Source: Staphylothermus marinus F1 (GTDB lineage: Archaea > Thermoproteota > Thermoprotei_A > Sulfolobales > Desulfurococcaceae). Taken from it: a DNA stretch of 32,000 bases. The stretch spans positions 480,001-512,000 of the forward strand of contig NC_009033.1 in assembly GCF_000015945.1 (NCBI RefSeq), written 5' to 3'. How positions within the stretch are numbered: the first letter of the stretch is position 1; the number at the start of each line of letters is the position of its first letter. A program made the position numbers and the translations under genes. This document shows positions 1 through 8,667 of the stretch, piece after piece. Below the pieces are notes generated by a model. It made no database searches and had not been told where the DNA came from. It saw only the letters and a program-made list of their open reading frames with translations.

Positions 1-123
1 GTCTCTATCACTACTTAACTTGTATTTTTTACCCTTAACAGATAATCCTCCATCAACACTAATCGTTGAAAACACCAATACATATGGTCTCTCCAATTTC
101 AAATAGACACCATACATTCTCAT
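1..123 (-). CDS. Partial CDS (first 41 codons; continues beyond the window edge): RibD C-terminal-domain-like pyrimidine reductase candidate
   Basis: Absent from the ORF track because it has no stop in the window. Minus-strand translation from the ATG at 123 gives MRMYGVYLKLERPYVLVFSTISVDGGLSVKGKKYKLSSDRD. The 'RPYV...S.DG.L' start is typical of RibD_C/DHFR-like reductases. An AT-rich TATA-like run lies 20-30 nt upstream and there is no SD, so the transcript may be leaderless. Confidence 0.45.
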   Translation of the reverse strand, partial: MRMYGVYLKLERPYVLVFSTISVDGGLSVKGKKYKLSSDRD

Positions 124-204
124 ATTGCTTAATCAATCAAAAATATTAAGACATATAGAAAATAAAGGTATAATGAACTAATCGGTTGAGAGGTGATATT
201 CTAT

Positions 205-768
205 ATGAGTAGATGGGATGATTATAATAAACGGCGTAGAAGAGGATTCTTCGACATATTTGATGAAATATTCAGGCAAATGGAAGAGGAAATGAATAGG
301 TTACTGCGAGAATTCGAAACATTGGAGACTAGAGGATTTATAGAAGAACTCGGCCCAACAAGAAGATTAGGTCCTTACGTTTATGGTTTTAGAATAACAA
401 TAGGCCCAGACGGTAAACCAGTAATTGAAGAATTCGGTAATGTCAAAAAGGTTGAAGGTAAAAAAATGATTAGTGAAGAAAGAGAGCCCCTCGTAGACGT
501 ATTCGAGCATGAAGACAATATAACTATTGTTGCAGAGCTTCCAGGAGTAGAAAAAGATAAGATTAAGCTAGAAGTAAGCGATGATAAGAGGAAGCTTATT
601 ATAAGAGCAAGCGATACAAACAGGAAATACTATAAAGAAGTAGAGTTACCGGCAGAGGTTGATCCTAAGTCGGCAAAGGCTACATATAAGAATGGAGTAT
701 TAGAAGTAGTATTGAAGAAGATCAAAACATCAGAGAAAAAGAAGGGTTATGAGATAAAAGTAGAGTAA
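205..768 (+). CDS. Small heat shock protein, Hsp20/alpha-crystallin family
   Basis: Track ORF 193..768. Alpha-crystallin domain motifs are present (VDVFEHEDNITIVAELPGVEKDKIKLEV ... ATYKNGVLEVVLKK). The GTG at 193 lies inside the SD-like GAGGTGA (189-195), so ATG 205 (MSRWDDY) is the more likely start. Confidence 0.9.
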   Translation: MSRWDDYNKRRRRGFFDIFDEIFRQMEEEMNRLLREFETLETRGFIEELGPTRRLGPYVYGFRITIGPDGKPVIEEFGNVKKVEGKKMISEEREPLVDVFEHEDNITIVAELPGVEKDKIKLEVSDDKRKLIIRASDTNRKYYKEVELPAEVDPKSAKATYKNGVLEVVLKKIKTSEKKKGYEIKVE

Positions 769-812
769 ATTCTTCTTACCTAATCAATAGTTTTTCTGGA
801 GGAACACGTAAT

Positions 813-1328
813 ATGTTGATCGGTGTTATGAGCGATAGCCATGATAATATCTATGCCGTGGATAAAGCATTAAACAAATTCATAGATCACCGTGTCGATG
901 CAATCATTCATTTAGGAGACATCATTTCTCCCTTCGTTGTTAGGAGAATGAAGAATATATTGAAAGATATCAAGGTATACGGTGTTCTCGGAAACAATGA
1001 TGGTGACATATACTTGTTAAGCAAATTATTTTCTGTTAATGGATGGGAATTATATAGCGGTCCATCCATTATTAATCTTGGCAATAGAAACCTTCTAGTA
1101 ATGCATGGATATGATGGAATAGAGCATACTGTAAAAATTGCTAAATCCCTACTCAGCATCGAAGGGATAGATGCTGTATTATTCGGACATACTCATAGAG
1201 TACTGGTTCAACATATTAATAATAAGCTTCTATTAAACCCTGGAGAAACATGTGGTTACTTAACGGGTAAGTCAACAATAGCACTTTTGGATACAAAGGA
1301 TTTATCTGTTGAAGTGCTAGAAATATGA
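813..1328 (+). CDS. MJ0936/YfcE-type metallophosphoesterase
   Basis: Calcineurin-like phosphoesterase motifs appear in order: MSDSHDN, LGDIISP, GNNDGD, MHGY, GHTH. GGAGG at 799-803 lies 9 nt before the ATG. Confidence 0.85.
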   Translation: MLIGVMSDSHDNIYAVDKALNKFIDHRVDAIIHLGDIISPFVVRRMKNILKDIKVYGVLGNNDGDIYLLSKLFSVNGWELYSGPSIINLGNRNLLVMHGYDGIEHTVKIAKSLLSIEGIDAVLFGHTHRVLVQHINNKLLLNPGETCGYLTGKSTIALLDTKDLSVEVLEI

Positions 1329-1618
1329 ACAACTTTTCTGGAGAGAAGTCTTTCTGGAAAATACGTGTATCTAAACATGCTGTGCATAGAATGAAGGAGA
1401 GAAGAATTAGTTTAGAAGATATATACGATACTATTAATGATCCATACATGTATTTCTATGATTCCTGGAACGACTTATACTTAGCCGTTAATATTAGAGG
1501 ATATGCTGTTGTATATGCATTTCACGGCAACATTGTAGAGATAGTTACTGTTCTTGGTAAAAGAGAATTTGAAGCATTACTTTCAAAATACGGGAAAAGT
1601 AGATATAAACACTTATAA
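1325..1618 (+). CDS. DUF4258-like small protein (toxin-like fold family)
   Basis: 'RVSKHAVHRMKERRISLEDIYDTI' fits the H-A-x-x-R-x-x-E-R-x-I signature I associate with DUF4258. An ATGA start/stop overlap links it to the upstream phosphoesterase. Confidence 0.55.
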   Translation: MNNFSGEKSFWKIRVSKHAVHRMKERRISLEDIYDTINDPYMYFYDSWNDLYLAVNIRGYAVVYAFHGNIVEIVTVLGKREFEALLSKYGKSRYKHL

Positions 1619-1889
1619 ATATAACACAATATAATGTAATTATCTATACAATGTTTTTGCCCAAAATCCCCCTTCTTCGATCGCTCCACGTAGAGCGCTT
1701 TGAGCCCTTCATTTGTATTTCCTGGCCCATACATATCATAGATGGTGTTGTGAAGTAAAACCCTAAATAAGAACAAAGAGTGTTCCAAATCATCAACTAT
1801 ACAGCTTTCAAAATAATCATAGTATCTGAGTAAACAAATAGTCTTTATATTTAGAACCTTATAGAAAAAATATTGTAGGTGATGTTTTC

Positions 1890-2759
1890 TTGGAAAGAGG
1901 TAAGAGACTCAGTAGTGCCAGTGCTCCTGTTGATGAATCTGGTCGTGTATATCATTTAGGTGTTAAGCCTGGTGATGTGAGTAAATATGTTTTATTACCC
2001 GGTGATCCTGGAAGAGTTAAACGTATTGCTAGTTTCTGGGATGAAGCTTGGAGAGTTGCTGAGCACAGAGAATATTTAACGTTTAGTGGAAAATATAAGG
2101 GAGTATTCATATCTGCTACAAGCACAGGTATAGGTGCTCCCTCAACAGCTATAGCTATTGAAGAACTTGCCCGTGTTGGCTCAAATACTTTTATTCGTGT
2201 AGGAACCACAGGTGCTTTAAGGAGAAATATAGGTGTTGGAGACATAATTATTTCAACCGGTGCCGTAAGGCTTGAGGGAACAAGTAAACAATATGTATTC
2301 CCCGAATACCCAGCCGTTGCTTCATTTGATGTTACAATGGCACTTATAACAGCTGCTGAGGAGCTTGGCGTTAAATACCATGTTGGCTTAACGGCTAGTA
2401 CTGATAGCTTCTATGTGGGGCAGGAGAGACCAGGCTATAAAGGTTATTTACCGCCTTTCCAGAGGGGTTTAATAGATTTTTTGAAAAGCGTTAATGTGTT
2501 GAATTTCGAAATGGAGGCTGCAACGATCTTTACATTAGCAAATATTTATGGTTTAAGAGCTGGCAGTGTTTGTGCCGCGATTGCGAATAGGGAGACAGAG
2601 GAATTCATAGTTGATGCAGGGGTTGATGATGCTATAAAGGTTGCTAATGAAGCTGTTAAAATACTTAATGAATGGGATCAAATAGTTAGAGAAACCGGTT
2701 CAAAAACAGTATCTGCAAAAACAATTCTAGAATGGTATAAAAGAATAGGCAGGTTGTAG
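1890..2759 (+). CDS. udp: Uridine phosphorylase (PNP/UDP-1 family)
   Basis: Motifs STGIGAPS, FIRVGTTGAL, AVRLEGTS, EYPAVA, FYVGQERPG and LNFEMEAATIFTLA match the Udp-type family. The GQER segment is Udp-specific. TTG start with GGTGA 7 nt upstream. Confidence 0.85.
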   Translation: MERGKRLSSASAPVDESGRVYHLGVKPGDVSKYVLLPGDPGRVKRIASFWDEAWRVAEHREYLTFSGKYKGVFISATSTGIGAPSTAIAIEELARVGSNTFIRVGTTGALRRNIGVGDIIISTGAVRLEGTSKQYVFPEYPAVASFDVTMALITAAEELGVKYHVGLTASTDSFYVGQERPGYKGYLPPFQRGLIDFLKSVNVLNFEMEAATIFTLANIYGLRAGSVCAAIANRETEEFIVDAGVDDAIKVANEAVKILNEWDQIVRETGSKTVSAKTILEWYKRIGRL

Positions 2760-2764
2760 GAGCC

Positions 2765-3718
2765 ATGTCTAAGACTAGTTCAAAACCAATACATGTAGCC
2801 GTAGGTAATTTAAACATTGATATAACAATGTATGTTCCAAGACTGCCAATGCCTGATGAAAGTGTTTTTGCCGAAGAAATAATGATTGGACCAGGTGGTT
2901 CTGCATCTAATTATTCAGTAGCAGTTACTTATTATGGCCATATAGCATATCTTATTGCTTCAACATCGCTTAATCAATTAATAGATTCTATCTTGGAAAA
3001 ACTAAACTCGATCGGTGTATATACAAGATTTATTAAGAGAGTTGAAGAAAAACCCGGCATTGTAAATGTAATAGTAATCCCAGGTGGAGAAAAAATCATG
3101 GTTAAATACAGAGGTGCTAACGAGTTATTATCTCCTAACGATGTTCCTAGACAATTATTAGAGGAAGCAACAATAGTTCATATGGCAAGTATTCCGCCAA
3201 CTATTGCATCAGAAATAGCAATGCGAGCCACAGGCTTGGGCTCACTAGTAAGCTATGATCCTGGAGCTTATGCATTATATGATAAAGAAAAAATTGTTTC
3301 AATACTGGACAACATAAATATCCTATTTCTTAATAGATCAGAAGCTCGTTCAATTACTGGAGGTAAAGTAGAGAACCTACTAAAATATGGTACAGATCTA
3401 ATAGTTATTAAGAAGGGGCCGGGAGGAGCATATGTTTTACAACATGGAGGAACAGTTTATCATGGAGTATCAAAACCTATAAGACCACCTATAGATTCTA
3501 CAGGTGCTGGAGACGCTTTCGATGCATTTTTTAATGCTGCATACATAGATTATAAGGATCCAGGTAAAGCATTATCATATGCATTAGCTGCAGGAGCATT
3601 GAAAGTAATGTGCCGTGGAAGCATACTTTGCTGGGATAAACAATTATTCTCGAAACAATTAAATGAAACAATTGTAGAAGAAATAAAAGAGCCGGAGAAC
3701 TGGATACTTGAAGACTAA
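2765..3718 (+). CDS. PfkB/ribokinase-family sugar or nucleoside kinase
   Basis: N-terminal GGSASN and C-terminal DSTGAGDAF (the PfkB DTxGAGD signature). AGGAG lies 4 nt before the ATG, and the gene starts 5 nt after the udp stop. Confidence 0.85.
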   Translation: MSKTSSKPIHVAVGNLNIDITMYVPRLPMPDESVFAEEIMIGPGGSASNYSVAVTYYGHIAYLIASTSLNQLIDSILEKLNSIGVYTRFIKRVEEKPGIVNVIVIPGGEKIMVKYRGANELLSPNDVPRQLLEEATIVHMASIPPTIASEIAMRATGLGSLVSYDPGAYALYDKEKIVSILDNINILFLNRSEARSITGGKVENLLKYGTDLIVIKKGPGGAYVLQHGGTVYHGVSKPIRPPIDSTGAGDAFDAFFNAAYIDYKDPGKALSYALAAGALKVMCRGSILCWDKQLFSKQLNETIVEEIKEPENWILED

Positions 3719-4679
3719 CAATTCTCGTGAATTAATAGAGTTATTAGATAAAATTAGAGAAATTATAAGAATACTTATCCAATACGACTACGGGAAAGAC
3801 TATAAAATACATAAGACTAATAGAGAAATAATTATTCGAATAAGTAATAGTAGGCTAAAAGAACAATTAAGCCGTAAAAACATTGTCGGAAATAATGAAA
3901 TAATTCTGGAATATCCTTCAATACATGAACAACTATGTATAATGCCTAGACTAATAGATCTAGAAAGCATTGAAAAGAAGAACGAGATTATAGGATCAGC
4001 TATTTTCTTCGAACTATTCATAAAAAATCATGGTTCCAAATATATTATCGTCATAGATGATCAGAGTAGAAACTATATTTTAACAAGTTATTATCTATCA
4101 ATATACATTGATAAATACAATGATGAAAAAGTAGATCCAGTAGTATTCTATAAATATTTGCGGGAAATCCTTAAACTAAAAAACATTATGAATGAAGCCA
4201 AAAATCTTGAGAGTTCTCTGAAAATAAAATTTGATCCAGAACTACATGAGAAATACATAATTACTATTAGCCAACTAGACAATATAACTCCTATAATTGC
4301 TAAGTTATGGGAAGAAAACAAAGAACTCTTTGATAGAATAAATAGTATTGTGGAAGAAGAAAAAATTTCTGAAGAAGAAATTCTGAAGAAGGCGAATAAG
4401 CTAGTAGAAAGGAAAACAATGTTAATTGATAATTACTTGCTTGAAAAAATAAATAAAATATTATCCAGCATCATTGATAACAAATATGTTGTTCTTAAGC
4501 TTTCGAATATAATTGGATCTATGAAGAAGCCACTTAATTATGTTGAAAAATTATCTATTATTCAACGTTATCTAGAACAGAACCATGGATGTAGAAATGT
4601 TTTCTTAGTGGATGGAGAAGAATACTATGTTTTAATCAAAGTCTCTAAGATTCCTCTCATACCGATCAATATATCCTGA
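3708..4679 (+). CDS. Hypothetical protein, 323 aa, Lys/Ile/Glu/Asn-rich, no recognised domain
   Basis: Long uninterrupted ORF with a TTG start that overlaps the PfkB gene end by 11 nt. It is markedly more AT-rich than its neighbours: a hand count gives 29/120 G+C in 3721-3840 versus 29/60 in 2401-2460. Confidence 0.6.
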   Translation: MKTNNSRELIELLDKIREIIRILIQYDYGKDYKIHKTNREIIIRISNSRLKEQLSRKNIVGNNEIILEYPSIHEQLCIMPRLIDLESIEKKNEIIGSAIFFELFIKNHGSKYIIVIDDQSRNYILTSYYLSIYIDKYNDEKVDPVVFYKYLREILKLKNIMNEAKNLESSLKIKFDPELHEKYIITISQLDNITPIIAKLWEENKELFDRINSIVEEEKISEEEILKKANKLVERKTMLIDNYLLEKINKILSSIIDNKYVVLKLSNIIGSMKKPLNYVEKLSIIQRYLEQNHGCRNVFLVDGEEYYVLIKVSKIPLIPINIS

Positions 4680-4762
4680 AAACGTAACGAAATATTACTC
4701 ATAAATACTATTGAACTCTAATGTATAATTCTAGGTACAAAATTGTCTAGAGGGGTTCCTAA

Positions 4763-5077
4763 TTGTATCCAAGAATATATAAGAATGAGGATGTAGAGGA
4801 AATTATAGCCGCTATACCGGAGAATCATTATCATGTGAGATTCTTAATTAAATTTCGTGATCAAACCATATTGTTGCAGGAAGCAACCGTTGCTGCATTG
4901 GTAAGGGCATATGCTTATACAGCGCTTCATCCTTTCAGAAAAGGAATAATTCTTCGTAGAAAAACATTGAGCAAGGAAGAAAAGAAACCAGGCTATGCAA
5001 CTCATCAATTAATTGAAATAACTGGTTCCGAGGATAAAGCTGTAAAAATCATTACAGATATAATAGGTGAAAAATAG
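4763..5077 (+). CDS. Hypothetical protein, 104 aa
   Basis: ORF with a TTG start preceded by GAGGGG (4751-4756). It overlaps the downstream HExxH gene by 11 nt, which suggests translational coupling. Confidence 0.6.
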   Translation: MYPRIYKNEDVEEIIAAIPENHYHVRFLIKFRDQTILLQEATVAALVRAYAYTALHPFRKGIILRRKTLSKEEKKPGYATHQLIEITGSEDKAVKIITDIIGEK

Positions 5078-5492
5078 CTTGGTAAAATATGTTGAAGCAG
5101 AAGATGTATGTTGCTTAATTAATGTTATAGTGCATTTTCTCCATGATAATTTTAAGCACATAGATCTTAATAGAATAAAATGTTTTAGAAGCATTGGGTC
5201 TAAATCATATGCTTATGCTAGAATACATGGTTTACCACGTATTTGGATTAAAGCTCTTGGAATAAAGCCTATGTATATAGTCGAAGTGTTATCGGAGAGA
5301 TATGATCCATTAAATATTGAGGATAAGATACAAGTACTAATACATGAACTATTACATATACCTTATAGGTTCTCAGGGGGTCTCAGACCACATGGGAAAT
5401 ATGTTAATAAGAAAACAATACATAAACTCTATGGCTTATTCGTTGAGAGAGGAGGATTAGAATTTTTACTTAGAGATAAGCATTGTATTTGA
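5067..5492 (+). CDS. Predicted minimal zinc metallopeptidase (HExxH; archaeal COG4900-like)
   Basis: 'VLIHELLHIPYRFSGGLRPHG' contains HExxH followed by a downstream His. The size and the 'ARIHG...IVEV' context resemble the conserved archaeal predicted-metallopeptidase family. The start may be GTG 5067 or TTG 5079. Confidence 0.65.
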   Translation: MKNSLVKYVEAEDVCCLINVIVHFLHDNFKHIDLNRIKCFRSIGSKSYAYARIHGLPRIWIKALGIKPMYIVEVLSERYDPLNIEDKIQVLIHELLHIPYRFSGGLRPHGKYVNKKTIHKLYGLFVERGGLEFLLRDKHCI

Positions 5493-5506
5493 ATCGGTGA
5501 AAATAT

Positions 5507-6646
5507 TTGAAGTTATACGAGTTCGAGGCAAAAGAGATCGCTAAAAACAACGGTATACCTGTTCCTCGAGGAGGTATTGCTAAAACACCTGAAGAGGCAA
5601 GAATTGTTGCTGAGAAAATTGGTGGCGAAGTAGTGTTGAAGGCTCAAGTACTGGTTGGGAGAAGAGGATTGGCAGGTGGAGTCTTATTCGCTTCTAACTC
5701 TCTCGAAGCTGAAAAAGTTGCTAGGGAACTATTTAGTAAACGTGTTCGTGGTGAAAAAGTAGAGCTTATTCTTGTTGAGGAGAAGATCTGTATTGATAAA
5801 GAATATTATTTATCTCTAACCATAGACCGCTCAAACAGGGAAATAGTATACCTTGTATCCCCTCTGGGAGGAGTTGAGATAGAAGAACTTGTTAAGAAAT
5901 ATCCGGATAAATTATTGAGGATCAGAGTTGATCCCGTAATTGGATATAAACCATACATGTCGCGTTTAGCAGCTAAATTTCTAGGTTTACCAAAAGAGCT
6001 ATGGCCAAGTATGCATAAGATAATGAATTCCATGTATAATATTATGAAAAACTATGATGCTGATCTTGTAGAGTTTAATCCATTAGTTAAAACTTGTAGT
6101 AACGAAATAGTAGCAGTCGATGCTAAGATAACGATTGACGATAATAGTCTTTACCGCCACATAGAATTTGCTGAGAAATATGGGAGAGAATTATCTGAGA
6201 TGGAGGCTATCGCTAAAAAACTTGGATTCTCCTATGTAGAGCTTGACGGAGATATTGGGATAATGTGTAATGGCGCCGGATTAACTATGGCGACAATGGA
6301 TATGGTTGCATATTATGGTGGGAGACCAGCTAACTTCCTAGATATAGGTGGTGGTGCTTCACGTGAGAGAGTCAGGGAAGCAGCTAAGCTATTATTGAAA
6401 CATGACAAGGTTAAAGTGCTTCTAGTAAATATTTTCGGCGGTATAACTAGATGTAACGAAGTAGCTAGAGGAATAATTGAGGCTGTAGAAGAAACTGGTG
6501 TTAAAAAACCAATTGTTATTAGATTACTTGGTACCAACGAGGAGATAGGTAGAAGACTTCTCGAAGAGAAAGGGTATAGTGTTTTTAGCGAAGCAGATGA
6601 TGCAGTTAAGAAAGCTGTTGAGATAGCCAAGAATTTATCAAGGTGA
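5507..6646 (+). CDS. sucC: Succinyl-CoA synthetase (ADP-forming) beta subunit
   Basis: The N-terminus MKLYEFEAKEI... is the classic SucC ATP-grasp start, and the C-terminal GAGLTMATMD / NIFGGITRC ligase-CoA motifs are present. TTG start, with the SD-like GGTGA just upstream. Confidence 0.93.
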   Translation: MKLYEFEAKEIAKNNGIPVPRGGIAKTPEEARIVAEKIGGEVVLKAQVLVGRRGLAGGVLFASNSLEAEKVARELFSKRVRGEKVELILVEEKICIDKEYYLSLTIDRSNREIVYLVSPLGGVEIEELVKKYPDKLLRIRVDPVIGYKPYMSRLAAKFLGLPKELWPSMHKIMNSMYNIMKNYDADLVEFNPLVKTCSNEIVAVDAKITIDDNSLYRHIEFAEKYGRELSEMEAIAKKLGFSYVELDGDIGIMCNGAGLTMATMDMVAYYGGRPANFLDIGGGASRERVREAAKLLLKHDKVKVLLVNIFGGITRCNEVARGIIEAVEETGVKKPIVIRLLGTNEEIGRRLLEEKGYSVFSEADDAVKKAVEIAKNLSR

Positions 6647-6652
6647 AAAATT

Positions 6653-7534
6653 ATGGGTGTCCTCGTAAATAAGAATACAAGGGTTCTTGTACAAGGAATA
6701 ACTGGTAGAGAAGGTAGTTTTCATACAAAATTAATGCTAGAATATGGAACTAAGATAGTGGCGGGAGTTACTCCTGGTAAGGGAGGAATGAATGTTTATG
6801 GTGTACCAGTATATGATACAATATATGAAGCGGTAGAGAATATTGGAGAAATAGATGCTTCCATAATATTTGTACCAGCAAAGTTTGCAAGTGACGCAGT
6901 ATTTGAAGCGATAGATGCAGATATTAAAACAATAGTTGTAATTACCGAGGGAATCCCCGTACATGAAGAATTAGAATTTGTGAGATACGCTAAAAAGAAA
7001 AACATCACTATTATCGGGCCAAATACTCCGGGAATAATGGTACCAGGAGAAACAAAGATAGGGATAATGCCAGCACATGTTTTCAAGCCTGGAAACATAG
7101 GTTTAATCTCTAGAAGTGGTACATTAACATATGAAATCGCACGAGAAATTGGAAAGAAAGGATATGGTATATCTACAGTCATTGGGCTTGGAGGAGACCC
7201 TGTTACAGGGCTGAATTTCATTGAAGCATATGATTTATTCGCAAAAGACCCTATCACAAAAGCCGTTGTGTTGATCGGGGAAATAGGAGGGGATGCAGAG
7301 GAAAGATTTGCAAAATACTATGCTGAATTACCCGTGAAAAAACCAGTTGTAGCATATATTGCTGGAAAAACTGCTCCTCCTGGTAAGAGAATGGGGCATG
7401 CAGGCGCAATAATTTCCATGGGAATGGGAGATTATCGATCCAAGAAGCAAGCATTGCTTAAGGCAAATATTCCCGTTGCTGAGAAACCTTCAGATATACC
7501 AATACTTCTTAGTTCAGTATTGGAGAAACTATAA
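6653..7534 (+). CDS. sucD: Succinyl-CoA synthetase alpha subunit
   Basis: QGITGREG CoA-binding start, SRSGTLTYE, and the phosphohistidine loop [10 protein letters not shown]. The gene starts 6 nt after sucC. Confidence 0.95.
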   Translation: MGVLVNKNTRVLVQGITGREGSFHTKLMLEYGTKIVAGVTPGKGGMNVYGVPVYDTIYEAVENIGEIDASIIFVPAKFASDAVFEAIDADIKTIVVITEGIPVHEELEFVRYAKKKNITIIGPNTPGIMVPGETKIGIMPAHVFKPGNIGLISRSGTLTYEIAREIGKKGYGISTVIGLGGDPVTGLNFIEAYDLFAKDPITKAVVLIGEIGGDAEERFAKYYAELPVKKPVVAYIAGKTAPPGKRMGHAGAIISMGMGDYRSKKQALLKANIPVAEKPSDIPILLSSVLEKL

Positions 7535-7560
7535 AATAATTAAATACTGAATAATAAGCT

Positions 7561-7570
7561 TTATTTTTCT
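7561..7570 (+). terminator. Oligo-T tract after sucD (candidate archaeal termination signal)
   Basis: 'ttatttttct' contains a T5 run (7564-7568) about 30 nt after the sucD stop. Archaeal RNA polymerase terminates at oligo-T. Confidence 0.35.
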
Positions 7571-7592
7571 AATCAACATAAATATTTTCCAG

Positions 7593-8024
7593 GTGATTAA
7601 ATTGTCAGCTGTAGTTAAAGAATTTTCCTCATTCGCGGATCTAATCAAGAATATAGACGAAGAATTAAATACGCTAAAACAACAACTTGCCGACTACCTT
7701 AGAAGACTGGAAGATATACGTGCTAAAAGCGAACAAGAGAGAAGGCTAAGAGAATTATTAAAGAACTTAACTGGCGAAGAACAGACTAGTAAAGGAAAGG
7801 TTGTGGATTTAAAAGATGTTAAACTCTATGTAAACCCCGACGCCGAACAAGAAGCAACTGTTATGGAAGAAATCATTGATAGAATAAATAAGACCATACA
7901 AAGCTTGCAAAGTATTAGAAAGGCTCTTGAACCATTATCAAATGTTGAAGTAGAAGCAAAGATAGTTGTGGTATATAAAGAAGGAGTGCCCTCATCAATA
8001 ATATTGAAGCTATCAAGCATGTAA
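7593..8024 (+). CDS. Hypothetical coiled-coil protein, 143 aa
   Basis: The ORF has heptad-like charged helices (LNTLKQQLADYLRRLEDIRAKSEQERRLRELLKNL). The start is uncertain (GTG 7593 or TTG 7602), and a TATA-like ATAAATAT lies at 7579-7586. Confidence 0.55.
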   Translation: MIKLSAVVKEFSSFADLIKNIDEELNTLKQQLADYLRRLEDIRAKSEQERRLRELLKNLTGEEQTSKGKVVDLKDVKLYVNPDAEQEATVMEEIIDRINKTIQSLQSIRKALEPLSNVEVEAKIVVVYKEGVPSSIILKLSSM

Positions 8025-8135
8025 TATTAATATCATAGTTTTTCAAAGTAGAACATTACTATTTTTATCGCCTCTCACTTAATATACAATTATTGAAAAT
8101 AAACTTTAGCATGTAACAGTAGAAGGTGATCCCTC

Positions 8136-8666
8136 ATGATCTACGATAAAATAGGTCCTGGAAAAAATGCTCCCAAAGAAGTACATGTTGTAATAGAAAT
8201 ACCTATGGGTAGTAGTGTTAAGTATGAAATCGATAAAGAAACGGGTCTAGTATTCGTTGATAGAATACTGTTTACATCAATGCATTACCCGTTCAACTAT
8301 GGTTTCATCCCTGGAACACTAGAAGAAGACGGAGACCCCGTGGATGTTCTCGTATTAGGATATGAGTCTCTCTATCCAGGTGTTATCATAAAGGCTCGAC
8401 CCATAGGTGTATTAGAGACAGAGGATGAGAAAGGCCGTGATGCTAAAATAGTGGCTGTGCCAGTTGAAAAAATAGATCCAAGGTTTGAAAATATTAAAGA
8501 CATAAATGATCTCCCGGAGAACTTTAGGGATAGAATAGCTCATTTCTTCGAGCATTATAAAGAGCTTGAAAAAGGTAAATGGGTTAAAGTTATAGGTTGG
8601 AAGAGCAGAGAAGATGCATTGAATAGGATCAGAGACGCTATAGAAAGGTATAAGAGGAGTATGTGA
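8136..8666 (+). CDS. ppa: Inorganic pyrophosphatase (family I)
   Basis: [22 protein letters not shown] and [10 protein letters not shown] are canonical family I PPase motifs. AGGTGA lies 7 nt before the ATG. Confidence 0.95.
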   Translation: MIYDKIGPGKNAPKEVHVVIEIPMGSSVKYEIDKETGLVFVDRILFTSMHYPFNYGFIPGTLEEDGDPVDVLVLGYESLYPGVIIKARPIGVLETEDEKGRDAKIVAVPVEKIDPRFENIKDINDLPENFRDRIAHFFEHYKELEKGKWVKVIGWKSREDALNRIRDAIERYKRSM

Positions 8667-8667
8667 A

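Noticed and set aside
908-1449. Minus-strand ORFs 908..1159 and 1216..1449
   Set aside because: They are antisense to the phosphoesterase and DUF4258 genes and show no motifs or signals.
1522-1788. 88-aa minus-strand ORF
   Set aside because: Its 3' third overlaps the DUF4258 gene antisense and is low-complexity, so it is not accepted as a full-length CDS. The GC-rich core is kept as a finding (possible remnant).
6313-6630. 105-aa minus-strand ORF (and 5806..6033) antisense to sucC
   Set aside because: Shadow ORFs within sucC, with no start signals.
6796-7257. 153-aa minus-strand ORF, with 6737..6964 and 7254..7454, antisense to sucD
   Set aside because: These lie entirely inside a confidently identified gene on the opposite strand. 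Their low-complexity Ser/Pro/Ile-rich translations are typical antisense shadows.
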